Made by a program: the position numbers and the translations under genes. This document shows, piece by piece, positions 35,775 through 44,699 of a stretch of DNA of 64,000 nt. Position 1 is the first letter of the stretch, and every line of letters starts with the position of its first letter. A model generated the notes under the pieces. It saw only the letters and a program-made list of their open reading frames with translations, had not been told where the DNA came from and did no database searches. Origin of the DNA: a virus (lineage: Duplodnaviria > Caudoviricetes); the IMG/VR virus record IMGVR_UViG_2932572697_000002, positions 1-64,000 of that record. One strand, 5' to 3'.

Positions 35775-36013
35775 GCCTGTTCCCCCTCGACCTGCTTGGT
35801 GGCTCGCTCCTTGTCGATGCGGTCGGCGATCTTGCGTGCCCACTCGCGGCTGTACGGCGTGTGCTTGGCGATCGTCATGAGCGGCACGCCAGCGGCCCTG
35901 GCATCCGCAACTAGCTCGTCAAGGTTCGTTCGAGCCCTCTCGTGAGCTGTGGTGGCGCGGTCGAGGCGGCGAAGCCAGGAGGCTTCGACGTCGGGTTCGG
36001 GGCGTGGCGTCAT
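35771..36013 (-). CDS. Small HTH-like regulator
   Basis: LVADARAAGVPLMTIAKHTPYSREWARKI. Confidence 0.7.
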   Translation of the reverse strand: MTPRPEPDVEASWLRRLDRATTAHERARTNLDELVADARAAGVPLMTIAKHTPYSREWARKIADRIDKERATKQVEGEQA

Positions 36014-36037
36014 GCCGTCGATGATCTCACGCGGGTC

Positions 36038-36159
36038 TGCCAAGTCGGTGGGCAGTGTTTCGCCAACCTTGTGGGCACTGATTCCTGGATTCTTCATGCC
36101 AACTATGTTGCACCCTGACGGGTCCCTGTGTCACTATCGAAGTGCCAAGAAAGTTGGCA
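36038..36159. promoter_or_regulatory. Four 17-bp operator-like palindromes (TGCCAA-N5-TTGGCA)
   Basis: Copies at 36038, 36061, 36097 and 36143, between divergent genes. Confidence 0.7.
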
Positions 36160-36181
36160 GTCGAAACCGAGGGGGATCCGC

Positions 36182-36757
36182 ATGAAGCTCACCCAGATCG
36201 TGAAGCGCGCAGCCGGCCACTACACCGCCCGCACCACCGCCGGAACCTTCACCATCACCCGCACCGGCCGCACCTGGCACCTCATCGGCCGCCGCATCAC
36301 CGCCGCCTACCGCACCCTCCGCGCCGCGGTCGCCGCCATCAAGTCCCTCCGCCCCACCCCCCTCGGCGGTATGCCGACCCGCCTCACCAAGAACATCGCC
36401 CGCACCCACCAGGCCGCCCGCACCACGACCAAGGCCCTCAAGTACCGGTGCCTCTCCGGCCTCATCGCCGTCGCCGTCGACGCGGGCACCCTCATCCGCA
36501 CCGGCGACATGCTCGACCGGCTCGGCGCCGACGACCTCAAGGACGGGTACAAGTCCTGGTACGGCCGGTATGTAAAGAAGGCGTACATCGCCGCCAACGG
36601 GCAGCCCCCGGTCATGGTGTGGGCGCAGCACCGCACCACCGGCCGGTGGATTCACGTCGCCGCGTACCAGCCCCTCGACCGGGCCCTGTTCATCGGCCTG
36701 GCCACGTACAAGCAGACCCGGCACCTGGTCGCCGCCGACTTCGCGGAGTGCGCATAG
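36182..36757 (+). CDS. Basic hypothetical protein
   Basis: GAGGGGG RBS; Arg/Thr-rich; very high GC3. Confidence 0.75.
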   Translation: MKLTQIVKRAAGHYTARTTAGTFTITRTGRTWHLIGRRITAAYRTLRAAVAAIKSLRPTPLGGMPTRLTKNIARTHQAARTTTKALKYRCLSGLIAVAVDAGTLIRTGDMLDRLGADDLKDGYKSWYGRYVKKAYIAANGQPPVMVWAQHRTTGRWIHVAAYQPLDRALFIGLATYKQTRHLVAADFAECA

Positions 36758-36781
36758 ACCAACTTCCGAGCAGGAGACGCC

Positions 36782-37018
36782 ATGAGCGCAACCGCCGGCT
36801 TCTTCGAGGCCGACCGCACCTACCAGCGTCGTCGCTGGATTTTCCAGTGCCTCGCAGTCGCTCCGAGCCCCTTCGATCAGGAGATTCGAGCAGTCGGCTT
36901 TCTCTACCGCCCCGGTGAGCCCGCCACTGCAACTGCCCTGGATGCGGAGGACTGGGAGCTCGACGAGTGGAAGCCCACGCCCACCACCCCCGCCCTGTCT
37001 CCGGAAGGCCCCCGATGA
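36782..37018 (+). CDS. Hypothetical protein
   Basis: AGGAG RBS; FFEADRTY..FQC..A.G. Confidence 0.7.
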   Translation: MSATAGFFEADRTYQRRRWIFQCLAVAPSPFDQEIRAVGFLYRPGEPATATALDAEDWELDEWKPTPTTPALSPEGPR

Positions 37019-37479
37019 CCGACACCCCGATGACCCCGGACGCCGCCCTGGCCCGTCTCCGCCAGTACGGGGAGCGCACCTCGACCTGGTCGACCGCCAC
37101 GTACAACGACGGCACCGAGAAGGCCCTGCACCAGATCGCGGTGAGCCTCGCCGGAGAGGTCGAGCGGCTGCGCGGTCGAGTTGCCGAGCTGAAGGCGTCC
37201 GTCTGCCGTTGCTTCGACCCGTCCCACCACAACCCGGACTGCGAGCGGGCCGTGGTCGTCTGGAACGGCATCAAGTACAACGCGGCCTCCTGGTACCGCG
37301 ACGCCGACGGCGAGTGGTGGATGGCCTGCGCCGTCGACGACCAGGGCCAGCCGCTGATGCGGGTCTGGAACGACCCGAGCAACGAGCCGGTGCCCGTCAG
37401 CGAGGTCGAGTCGGACTACGGGCCGCTCTACCGATCCGACGACGGGCCGGACGAACTGCGGCAGCCCGAGGGTTTCTGA
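37015..37479 (+). CDS. Hypothetical protein with C-terminal YRDADG.WW..YGPL domain
   Basis: ATGA overlap; coiled coil plus C-terminal module. Confidence 0.7.
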   Translation: MTDTPMTPDAALARLRQYGERTSTWSTATYNDGTEKALHQIAVSLAGEVERLRGRVAELKASVCRCFDPSHHNPDCERAVVVWNGIKYNAASWYRDADGEWWMACAVDDQGQPLMRVWNDPSNEPVPVSEVESDYGPLYRSDDGPDELRQPEGF

Positions 37480-37595
37480 TGACCCCGCTGCCAGCTCCGG
37501 CCCCGTTGCCGCCGTGGGAGGACACCCCGGCCGAAGTGAAACGCCGCGACCGCGAATGGTGGGAGCGGGACTATGACAACGACAACGAGGAGTAG
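37479..37595 (+). CDS. Micro-ORF
   Basis: TGATG coupling. Confidence 0.45.
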   Translation: MTPLPAPAPLPPWEDTPAEVKRRDREWWERDYDNDNEE

Positions 37596-37599
37596 ACCG

Positions 37600-37776
37600 A
37601 TGGCTACCAAGACCAGCGCCCGGGGGCGGTGCCGTGTCTGCGGCAGGAAGTACAAGCTGACCCGGGCCGGGTTCCTGCCCCGGCATTGGGCGCGCAACGA
37701 GGACGGGCAGGCCGCCAGCGGCCTCCCGAACTGTCGCGGCGCCGGGATGGCCCCGACCGCATCGCCCACCACCTGA
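37600..37776 (+). CDS. Small zinc-finger protein
   Basis: GRCRVCGR..L..H..C.G; GAGGAG RBS. Confidence 0.65.
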   Translation: MATKTSARGRCRVCGRKYKLTRAGFLPRHWARNEDGQAASGLPNCRGAGMAPTASPTT

Positions 37777-37830
37777 CCGCCTCTGGGCTGCTGTGTACGG
37801 CACGGCAGCCCACAACCCGAGGAGAACACC

Positions 37831-38124
37831 ATGTCCGAATCCCCACTAGATGCTGCGGTGGAGTGCTTCGAGGCCCAGTACGTGACCCAGTTCTACGGCC
37901 ACCAGGTCGCCACCCAGCTACGCGCACTCGCCGCCGAGACGCCCGCGCCAGCCGAACAGACCATGCTGACCGAGACCGAGCGGCAACTCCTCGACTTCGC
38001 CCTGGAACTGGCCGAAGAGGAAATCCACGCCCGGAACCTGGAGATCCCCGCCAAGGACCGGGACGCGCTCACCTCGCTCCGCCGCCTTGTCGACGACAGC
38101 ACCACCCAGGAGCCCCCGCGATGA
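37831..38124 (+). CDS. Hypothetical protein
   Basis: GAGGAG RBS. Confidence 0.7.
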   Translation: MSESPLDAAVECFEAQYVTQFYGHQVATQLRALAAETPAPAEQTMLTETERQLLDFALELAEEEIHARNLEIPAKDRDALTSLRRLVDDSTTQEPPR

Positions 38125-38399
38125 TCCAGCCCGGACAGACCCGCGACGAGGCCGCCGAGCCGTACTGCACCGGTGACCGGTGCGGCGACTGCATCCCACC
38201 CAAGGACAAGGTCCACGGCGAGGACGACTGCTGCGAGGCCAGCTGCGGATGCTGCCCCCGCGTCGACGCGCACGGTCACTGCTTCCTCTACCCCGGCAGC
38301 GAGGAGGACTCGAAGTACTGCGACCAGCACGGCGAAAGGTGGCTCTTCGACCTCACCCCCGCCGCCGAACGCCGGTACCAGATCCTCCGCAACGCCTGA
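38121..38399 (+). CDS. Cys-rich hypothetical protein
   Basis: Ten Cys; ATGA overlap. Confidence 0.65.
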   Translation: MIQPGQTRDEAAEPYCTGDRCGDCIPPKDKVHGEDDCCEASCGCCPRVDAHGHCFLYPGSEEDSKYCDQHGERWLFDLTPAAERRYQILRNA

Positions 38400-38652
38400 A
38401 CGGCTGGACGCCCACCGGCTCTTCTCTCATACTTGAAGTGCTCCCAGCATGCGAGCACACCCAGGCTTCTGCGGAACCTTGCCCGGGACCACGCACGCAG
38501 AAGCCACCACCCTGGGCCCGTCCTGAACCATCAGGCGGGCCCGAGGCATTGCACGGGTGCGGTAGGTGATTCATACGTGAATGGAGCCACGTACCCTACG
38601 ATTCTATGGTGAAGTCGATACTCCACTGAAGAATCGTTGGTCAGGAGTCGTA

Positions 38653-39186
38653 ATGGCAGCAGGAGCCGCACCCTACCGAAAGCTCGACCCCGCCCTTCGG
38701 GCCGAACGGGCCGCCATCGTCTTCGACCTCCGCCTCCAAGGCCTCAGCTACCGGCAAATCGACATCCTCACCCAAGCCCCCGACGGCCCCACCGGCGGCC
38801 ACCGCATCAGCGCCACCAGCGCCAAAGAACTCCTCTACGAGGAAGTCGAACGGCGCGTCGACCCCAAAGTCGACGCCTGGCGCACCCTCCAGCTCGACCG
38901 CCTCGACGGCGTGCTACGCGACCACCTCGCCCTCCGCAACGCCAACTGGGACAAGGCGATGGACGGCGAGGAGCGCCCCGCCCTCGCCGTCGACCGGGCC
39001 CTCAACGGCGTCACCAAAATCGTCGAAGCGCAGAACAAGCTCCTCGGCCTCGCCACCACAAAGATCGAAGCCCAAGTTGTCGAGGTCACCCAGCAGGACG
39101 TCGAGCTCCAGGAAATGATCCGCACCGCCAAAGCCAAGGCCGCCCTCGAAGAGGCCGCGATCGTCGACGGCGAGGCCGGCGAATGA
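38653..39186 (+). CDS. Terminase small subunit (putative)
   Basis: LRLQGLSYRQI HTH, LDRLD, KLLGL; positioned upstream of terL. Confidence 0.75.
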   Translation: MAAGAAPYRKLDPALRAERAAIVFDLRLQGLSYRQIDILTQAPDGPTGGHRISATSAKELLYEEVERRVDPKVDAWRTLQLDRLDGVLRDHLALRNANWDKAMDGEERPALAVDRALNGVTKIVEAQNKLLGLATTKIEAQVVEVTQQDVELQEMIRTAKAKAALEEAAIVDGEAGE

Positions 39187-39461
39187 CCCGAACCGGCTAC
39201 TACTACGAGTCTCTCGCCCCGGGCTGGCTGCACCACGACAGCGGCTACCGGGCGGCCCTCACCCAGCACATGCGCGACCGCATGGCACTCCAAGGGTTCG
39301 AGATCGTCGCCCCCATCCGCATCCGGCAGGTCACCGACGGTGTTCCCGCCCCGGTCGGCATGGTCCTGCTGCGAGTCGACACCGAAGTCGAGGAGTTCGA
39401 CATCGAGGTTGGCGAAGAAGGGGCGGGCCAGGCGCAGGAAGACGCCCCAAGTGGACCTTGA
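39183..39461 (+). CDS. Hypothetical protein
   Basis: ATGA overlap. Confidence 0.6.
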   Translation: MTRTGYYYESLAPGWLHHDSGYRAALTQHMRDRMALQGFEIVAPIRIRQVTDGVPAPVGMVLLRVDTEVEEFDIEVGEEGAGQAQEDAPSGP

Positions 39462-39554
39462 GCTGGGACAATTGGGCTACGCCACCAACCAGAAAGCCCC
39501 GGCGAGTGCTGATGACACTCCCGGGGCGCGGCCCACCTGAAAGAGCAGGCAGAC

Positions 39555-40394
39555 GTGACGAAGACTACTCGGGGCCGAACCCCCAACGATCGCTGTGGAA
39601 CCTGTGGCAGAGGCAAGGCGGAGGAGCCAGAACAGTTCCGCGTAAGGCGCCGCAACGGGAAGGAGGCGCCCCACTGCGACTGCAGGCCCTGCGAGGCCGT
39701 GAAGCGACGGGCCAAACAGAGAGAGCGGGAGCTCAGCGCTGAGCGATGTGCCGTTGAAGAATGCTCACGATCAGTGCTTGCGCGAGGTTGGTGCGCAGGT
39801 CACTACAGTCGCTGGCGACAGAAGGGGGACGTTGGGGGAGCCGAGCTCCGCCGGCGCGGAAGTGGTGTTGAGGCATGCTCCTTCCTCGGGTGCGGTAGGC
39901 CGCACCTATCTAAAGGGCTGTGCGTCGGTCACTACGGACAGAAGGCGGCAGGTCGCCCCCTCGTCCCCATCAGGAAGAAGCGCTTTCCGGCGGCGCGGGA
40001 TGAAATGGGGCGGAAGCAATGCACCTCATGCGACGCCTGGCTATCCCCTGAACGGTTCTCCCGAAGAGTGGCATCTGAGGATGGGCTCTCCCCTTCCTGC
40101 CGAAGGTGTCAACGTGATCGTCAACTGAAGCGGTGCTTCGGAATTACGCTCGCTCGGTACGAATCGATTCTGGCGGGCCAGGGGGGCGGTTGCGCCGTAT
40201 GCGGCAAGCCAGAAGAGGCCAACGGGAAAATGCTCGCCGTAGATCATGACCACACGTGCTGCCCAGATCGGTTGACGTGCGGAGCCTGTGTTCGCGGCTT
40301 GCTGTGCAGTGGCTGCAACCTTCATCTTGGAGCGATCGGCGACAGAGTTGATCACCTTGAGGCGATGGTTGCGTACCTGCGTGGCGCAACCTAG
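39555..40394 (+). CDS. Endonuclease VII-family (homing-type) nuclease with multiple zinc motifs
   Basis: FGITLARYE..QGGGCAVC..LAVDHDH..VRGLLCSGCN; lower GC than neighbours. Confidence 0.9.
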   Translation: MTKTTRGRTPNDRCGTCGRGKAEEPEQFRVRRRNGKEAPHCDCRPCEAVKRRAKQRERELSAERCAVEECSRSVLARGWCAGHYSRWRQKGDVGGAELRRRGSGVEACSFLGCGRPHLSKGLCVGHYGQKAAGRPLVPIRKKRFPAARDEMGRKQCTSCDAWLSPERFSRRVASEDGLSPSCRRCQRDRQLKRCFGITLARYESILAGQGGGCAVCGKPEEANGKMLAVDHDHTCCPDRLTCGACVRGLLCSGCNLHLGAIGDRVDHLEAMVAYLRGAT

Positions 40395-40433
40395 GAATCA
40401 ACGAATGGCGACCAAGAGATCGAAGGGGGCAGT

Positions 40434-41996
40434 GTGAGCGACGCGACAGCTATAGCGGACATCGCCGTGTCCGATCCGTATGACCCCCATGCGAACGCTG
40501 AGACGTTCGACTTTCAGGCCTGGCTCGCCTCTCTCGACGCTCGCCTACTGGCAGCATCGGAAGGCCGGCGCCTCCTGACCAGGCTATCGCCTGCCCTTTT
40601 CGCCGTGACGTACCTGCGTCACCATCTTCAGGACGTCGACGGCAACATCTCCTTCGCGGACGCCCACCTCGACTGGTGTCGTGCCGCCCGCTCATGGGTT
40701 CGCCCAGTGCGGCAGCCAGCCGAGCAGCGTGACGCCTGGGTTGCCCCGCGGAACACAGGGAAATCGACTTGGTGGTTCCTGATTCTGCCCCTGTGGGCGG
40801 CGGCGCACGGACACGTCAAATTTGCTGCTGCGTTTGCAGCGTCAGCTTCACAGAGTGAAACCCACCTCGGAACCTTCAAGGGGGAAGTAGATCGCAACGA
40901 ACTCTTGCGACAGGACTTCCCTGACCTCTGCGCCCCAGCCCGGCGCCCTTCGGGTGCGAACGTTGCTGACACGCAGTCGATGTACGTGGCCAAGAGCGGA
41001 TTCGCGTTCGCAGCAAGGGGCATCGACAGCTCCAGCCTCGGCATGAAGATCGGGGAGCAGCGACCTGACCTCTTGCTGCTAGACGACATTGAGCCAGACG
41101 AAAGTAGCTATTCACCCGATCTCGCCGCGAAACGGAAGACGACTCTTCTCGACGCGATCTTGCCCCTCAATATCTATGCGCGGGTGGTGATTTCGGGCAC
41201 GGTCACTATGCCGGGATCCGTGATCCACCAGCTTGTAAAGGCAGCTCGCGGCGTTGAGACGGCCGACTGGATCCGCGAAGAGGGCATCCGCGCCCACTAC
41301 TCAGCTCCGATCGTTGAACGCCCAGACGGCACCGAGCGCAGCATGTGGCCAGCGAAGTGGCCCTACCCCTACCTCCTCAGCATCAGGGCCACGCGCTCCT
41401 ACGCCAAAAACATGGCCAACGATCCCATGGGCGCTGACGGTGACCTCTGGACTCCTGACGACTTCCGCTACCCCGGGGAAGAGGGGCCTGACCCGGTTAC
41501 GCACATGATGCTGAGCATCGACCCTGCGGTGACTACGAAGAAGAAGTCGGACTTCACCGCCTTGGGCGTTGTCTCGTGGTCGGCGCGCCACCGGCGTTGC
41601 ACCGTGCACGATGCGTGGTCGCTGAAGATCCAGCCTGGCCCGCTGCTCCGGAACCGGGTCCTGGCGGTCCTGGACGAGCACCCGGAGATCGGCCTGATCC
41701 TCGTGGAGATCAACCAGGGCGGGGATACCTGGAAAGCGATCTTGCACGACATGCCGGTGAAGGTGAAGACCGTTCAGCAGGTGGAGAACAAGTTCACCCG
41801 GGCTGAGGGCGTCCTGAATCACTACCAGCGGGGCCGGGTGATCCACGCCCGCAAGCTCGTCGACCTGGAGCAGCAGATGTGCGCGTTTCCGAAGGCGCCG
41901 CACGACGACATGGTCGACGCTGTCGGGTCCGCGGTCCGCCGGTTCATCCCGCCAGCGAAGAAGACGGCGTCGGCGACGCAGTCCACCTATGTGTAG
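40434..41996 (+). CDS. terL: Terminase large subunit
   Basis: APRNTGKST Walker A, LLLLDD Walker B, SIDPA nuclease motif, FPKAPHDDMVDA. Confidence 0.95.
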   Translation: MSDATAIADIAVSDPYDPHANAETFDFQAWLASLDARLLAASEGRRLLTRLSPALFAVTYLRHHLQDVDGNISFADAHLDWCRAARSWVRPVRQPAEQRDAWVAPRNTGKSTWWFLILPLWAAAHGHVKFAAAFAASASQSETHLGTFKGEVDRNELLRQDFPDLCAPARRPSGANVADTQSMYVAKSGFAFAARGIDSSSLGMKIGEQRPDLLLLDDIEPDESSYSPDLAAKRKTTLLDAILPLNIYARVVISGTVTMPGSVIHQLVKAARGVETADWIREEGIRAHYSAPIVERPDGTERSMWPAKWPYPYLLSIRATRSYAKNMANDPMGADGDLWTPDDFRYPGEEGPDPVTHMMLSIDPAVTTKKKSDFTALGVVSWSARHRRCTVHDAWSLKIQPGPLLRNRVLAVLDEHPEIGLILVEINQGGDTWKAILHDMPVKVKTVQQVENKFTRAEGVLNHYQRGRVIHARKLVDLEQQMCAFPKAPHDDMVDAVGSAVRRFIPPAKKTASATQSTYV

Positions 41997-42095
41997 CACC
42001 GAAGAATCTTCGGGCAAACCCGCGTCCGGGCGAAGCTTCTAATCCAAGGAGCCTCAGTTATCCTTTGATTCGTAGGTCAAGGGCTGGAGGCTGCC

Positions 42096-43643
42096 TTGGA
42101 TGACAGGTCGATCAACGATCTGATGCTGGGCATACGCGAGCTCGACGACGCCCGCCCCGGCTACGCCAAAGCTCAGGCCTACTACGACGGCGACGTCGCA
42201 GAGGTCTTCTCGTCCAGCAGGATCCGCCGCGCGCTCGCCGCGAAGGGCATCGACTTCCGTCTCAACTTCGCCAAGACCCCCGTCACCGCAGTCGTCAAAC
42301 GGCTGAAGATCGCGGCGATCACCAGCCCGGACGACGCGCAGAGCGAAGCCCTTGCCACCATATGGCGCGAAAACCAGCTCGCCCTCGAAGTCCCAGACCT
42401 GCACTCCAAAACCTGCATGTTCGGTGACGGCTACCTCATGGTCCTCCCCATCGAGGACGACAAGGGCAAGGTCACCGGTGTCGAGATGTACTACAACTCG
42501 CCCACCACGGTGCGCGCCATCTACCGCGAAGACCGCCCCCGCGAAGTCAACTTCTACATCAAGCGGTGGACCGAACACGGCCGCGTCCGCGCCGAGCTCT
42601 TCTACAACAACCACGTGAAGCGCTGGACCACCAAGAAAGACAGCAAGGGCAGCGAACCCGGCGACTGGGAACCGTGGCTCGTCACCCCGGACGGCGACGA
42701 AAGCCCCGACCCCGACTCCTGGTTCATCCCGCACACCTGGGGCTGGGAGCAGCACCCGGTCTTCCACTTCCGCAACGCACGCCCCTACGGGCGGCCCGAA
42801 CATGCCGACGCCTACGGTGCGCAGAACGCCGTCACCAAGCTGACCACCACGCACATGGGCACCGTCGACTACCAGGGCGCGCCCCAGCGGTACGCCCTCA
42901 CCGAAGCCGCCAACACCGACACTTCGGATCTGGAGCCCGGCGACTGGGACGACGATGACTGGCCGCCCAACGAGCCGAACACTGGGCCGCGCGACAGCGG
43001 CGACGACTCCGCACTGAAAGCTGACCCCGGCGGCATGTGGTTGCTTCGCGGCTTCAAGGGCGTGGGAGAGTTCAAGGCCGCCGACCCCAAGGCGTTCCTC
43101 GACCCCGCCGACTGGTACGTCCGGGCCATGGCCCACGTCAGTGACACCCCGTCGCACCACTTCGACATCAGCGGCGACGAACCCTCTGGTGAATCCCGGC
43201 GACGCAAGGACGCCCCTCTCGTCGACAAGGTCGAAGACCGGCAGAAGCTCTTCGGGGCCACCCACGTCGAAGCGCACGTCTTCGCCCTGAAGCTGCTGGG
43301 CTTCGAGGATCCGGTCGTGGACGTCCGCTGGAAGCCGGCCGCCATGGTCGAGGACAGCGAGGGCTGGAAGACCGTCAGCGAGAAGGTCGCCAACGGCGTG
43401 CCGCGCAAGCAGGCTTTGATGGAGACCGGCTACCGGCAAGAGCAGGTCGACGAGTGGCTTGACGGGGTCGACGACGCCGAACTCCAGCGGCGCGTCGACA
43501 TTCTCGCCAGCCTTGCGGACTCCGCTCAGAAGCTCGGCGCCGCCGCCGCACTGGAAGTCGTCAACAGGGAGCAGGTCACCGCACTCCTCAATGGCGCTCT
43601 CTCCGAGGTGGAGCTCCTCGCCGGTGTACAGGAGGCCACCTGA
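42096..43643 (+). CDS. Portal protein (SPP1 gp6-like)
   Basis: YYDG, NFAKTPV, PVFHFRN..YGRPE, PQR, SGESRR; follows terL. Confidence 0.9.
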   Translation: MDDRSINDLMLGIRELDDARPGYAKAQAYYDGDVAEVFSSSRIRRALAAKGIDFRLNFAKTPVTAVVKRLKIAAITSPDDAQSEALATIWRENQLALEVPDLHSKTCMFGDGYLMVLPIEDDKGKVTGVEMYYNSPTTVRAIYREDRPREVNFYIKRWTEHGRVRAELFYNNHVKRWTTKKDSKGSEPGDWEPWLVTPDGDESPDPDSWFIPHTWGWEQHPVFHFRNARPYGRPEHADAYGAQNAVTKLTTTHMGTVDYQGAPQRYALTEAANTDTSDLEPGDWDDDDWPPNEPNTGPRDSGDDSALKADPGGMWLLRGFKGVGEFKAADPKAFLDPADWYVRAMAHVSDTPSHHFDISGDEPSGESRRRKDAPLVDKVEDRQKLFGATHVEAHVFALKLLGFEDPVVDVRWKPAAMVEDSEGWKTVSEKVANGVPRKQALMETGYRQEQVDEWLDGVDDAELQRRVDILASLADSAQKLGAAAALEVVNREQVTALLNGALSEVELLAGVQEAT

Positions 43644-44650
43644 TGGCCACCCCGGAGGAGCTCGCCGACCTTGTACAGCAGGACCACACCGGCGAGATCA
43701 GCACTCTCGAAGAGGCCGCCATTGCGGCGCTGCTTGCGGGCACGGGCGTGCAGTTCGAGCGGCTGATCCGCAGGACGCTCACCGCCTGGACCATCGCCTT
43801 CGGCAGCCCGGACGCTCTGGCCACCCCGGGGGCGGCGTTGAACCGCCTCATGGCGTCGGTGCGCTCGGTCGTGCGCCGCATCGTTGGTGACCTCGGGAAG
43901 CGTGCTGCGGCAGCGTTGACTGAAGTGCTGCCGTCGATCGCCCGAGCCGCCACCCAGCAAGGGGCAGGATTCGTGCGGGCCGCGTCCGGGCGCCCGTTCC
44001 AGCAGCCACCGGCAAGGGTCCCCTCCCGCATGAAGGCCCGTGCCGCAGCTATGGCTGACGCTGTCGACGAGCAGGTGCTCCGGTCGCTCACCGCCTTGAA
44101 GGCCCGCACGGTTCGCCGCTGGTCCGATGTTCTCACCGGTATCGGCATCGCGCGCAGCGTGACATCGACCGTGGAGCGGCATGTGGCCACCGCGGTCACC
44201 GACGTCGTCAACGACACCTTGCAGATGACGGTGCGCATGGTCGGGGGGATGCGCCTCTGGATCGCTGAGGCCGATGCCTGCGTGACCTGCTCCGCCTACT
44301 CCGGACTCCTCGCCGACGCTGGCACGCCCTTCCTTGGCGGCCTCTCGTGGGATCCCAGCCAGCGCACTGACGGTGCTGACCGCATCGACTCGCCGCCGGT
44401 GCATCCGCGGTGTCGTTGCCGTGTCCTCCCGTGGCTGCCTCGCTGGTCCGCCGGCCAAGTCCCGCTGCCGCTGCATCTCCAGAGGCGGGCCCGCAGCAAC
44501 ATCGCACACGGTCACGGCAGGCCCAGCGAATCCAGGGCCGCCCGGGTGCGGGCAGCCGCAGAGTTGCTGCGGTCCGGTGTTGACCTCCCCCCAGACGTGC
44601 GTGCCGCCGCCCAGCGTGCGGTCCGCAACCGGCGGTTCGCCGCCGCATAG
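43643..44650 (+). CDS. MuF-like minor head / capsid morphogenesis protein
   Basis: W..EADACVTC..PPVHPRCRC. Confidence 0.8.
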   Translation: MATPEELADLVQQDHTGEISTLEEAAIAALLAGTGVQFERLIRRTLTAWTIAFGSPDALATPGAALNRLMASVRSVVRRIVGDLGKRAAAALTEVLPSIARAATQQGAGFVRAASGRPFQQPPARVPSRMKARAAAMADAVDEQVLRSLTALKARTVRRWSDVLTGIGIARSVTSTVERHVATAVTDVVNDTLQMTVRMVGGMRLWIAEADACVTCSAYSGLLADAGTPFLGGLSWDPSQRTDGADRIDSPPVHPRCRCRVLPWLPRWSAGQVPLPLHLQRRARSNIAHGHGRPSESRAARVRAAAELLRSGVDLPPDVRAAAQRAVRNRRFAAA

Positions 44651-44699
44651 ACCCGGCGCCCGCGAAGGGCCGCCGCTACACCCCCGTGATGGAGGACCA

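Noticed and set aside
20840-36180. att sites or target-site duplication around the transfer module
   Set aside because: No convincing flanking direct repeat was found by eye and no integrase is present; a computed repeat search is still needed.
38400-38652. tRNA gene
   Set aside because: Hairpins are present, but no cloverleaf, T-loop consensus or CCA arrangement was recognised.
40434-41996. Intein or intron in terL
   Set aside because: The ORF is a normal 520 aa, continuous, and has no splicing motifs.
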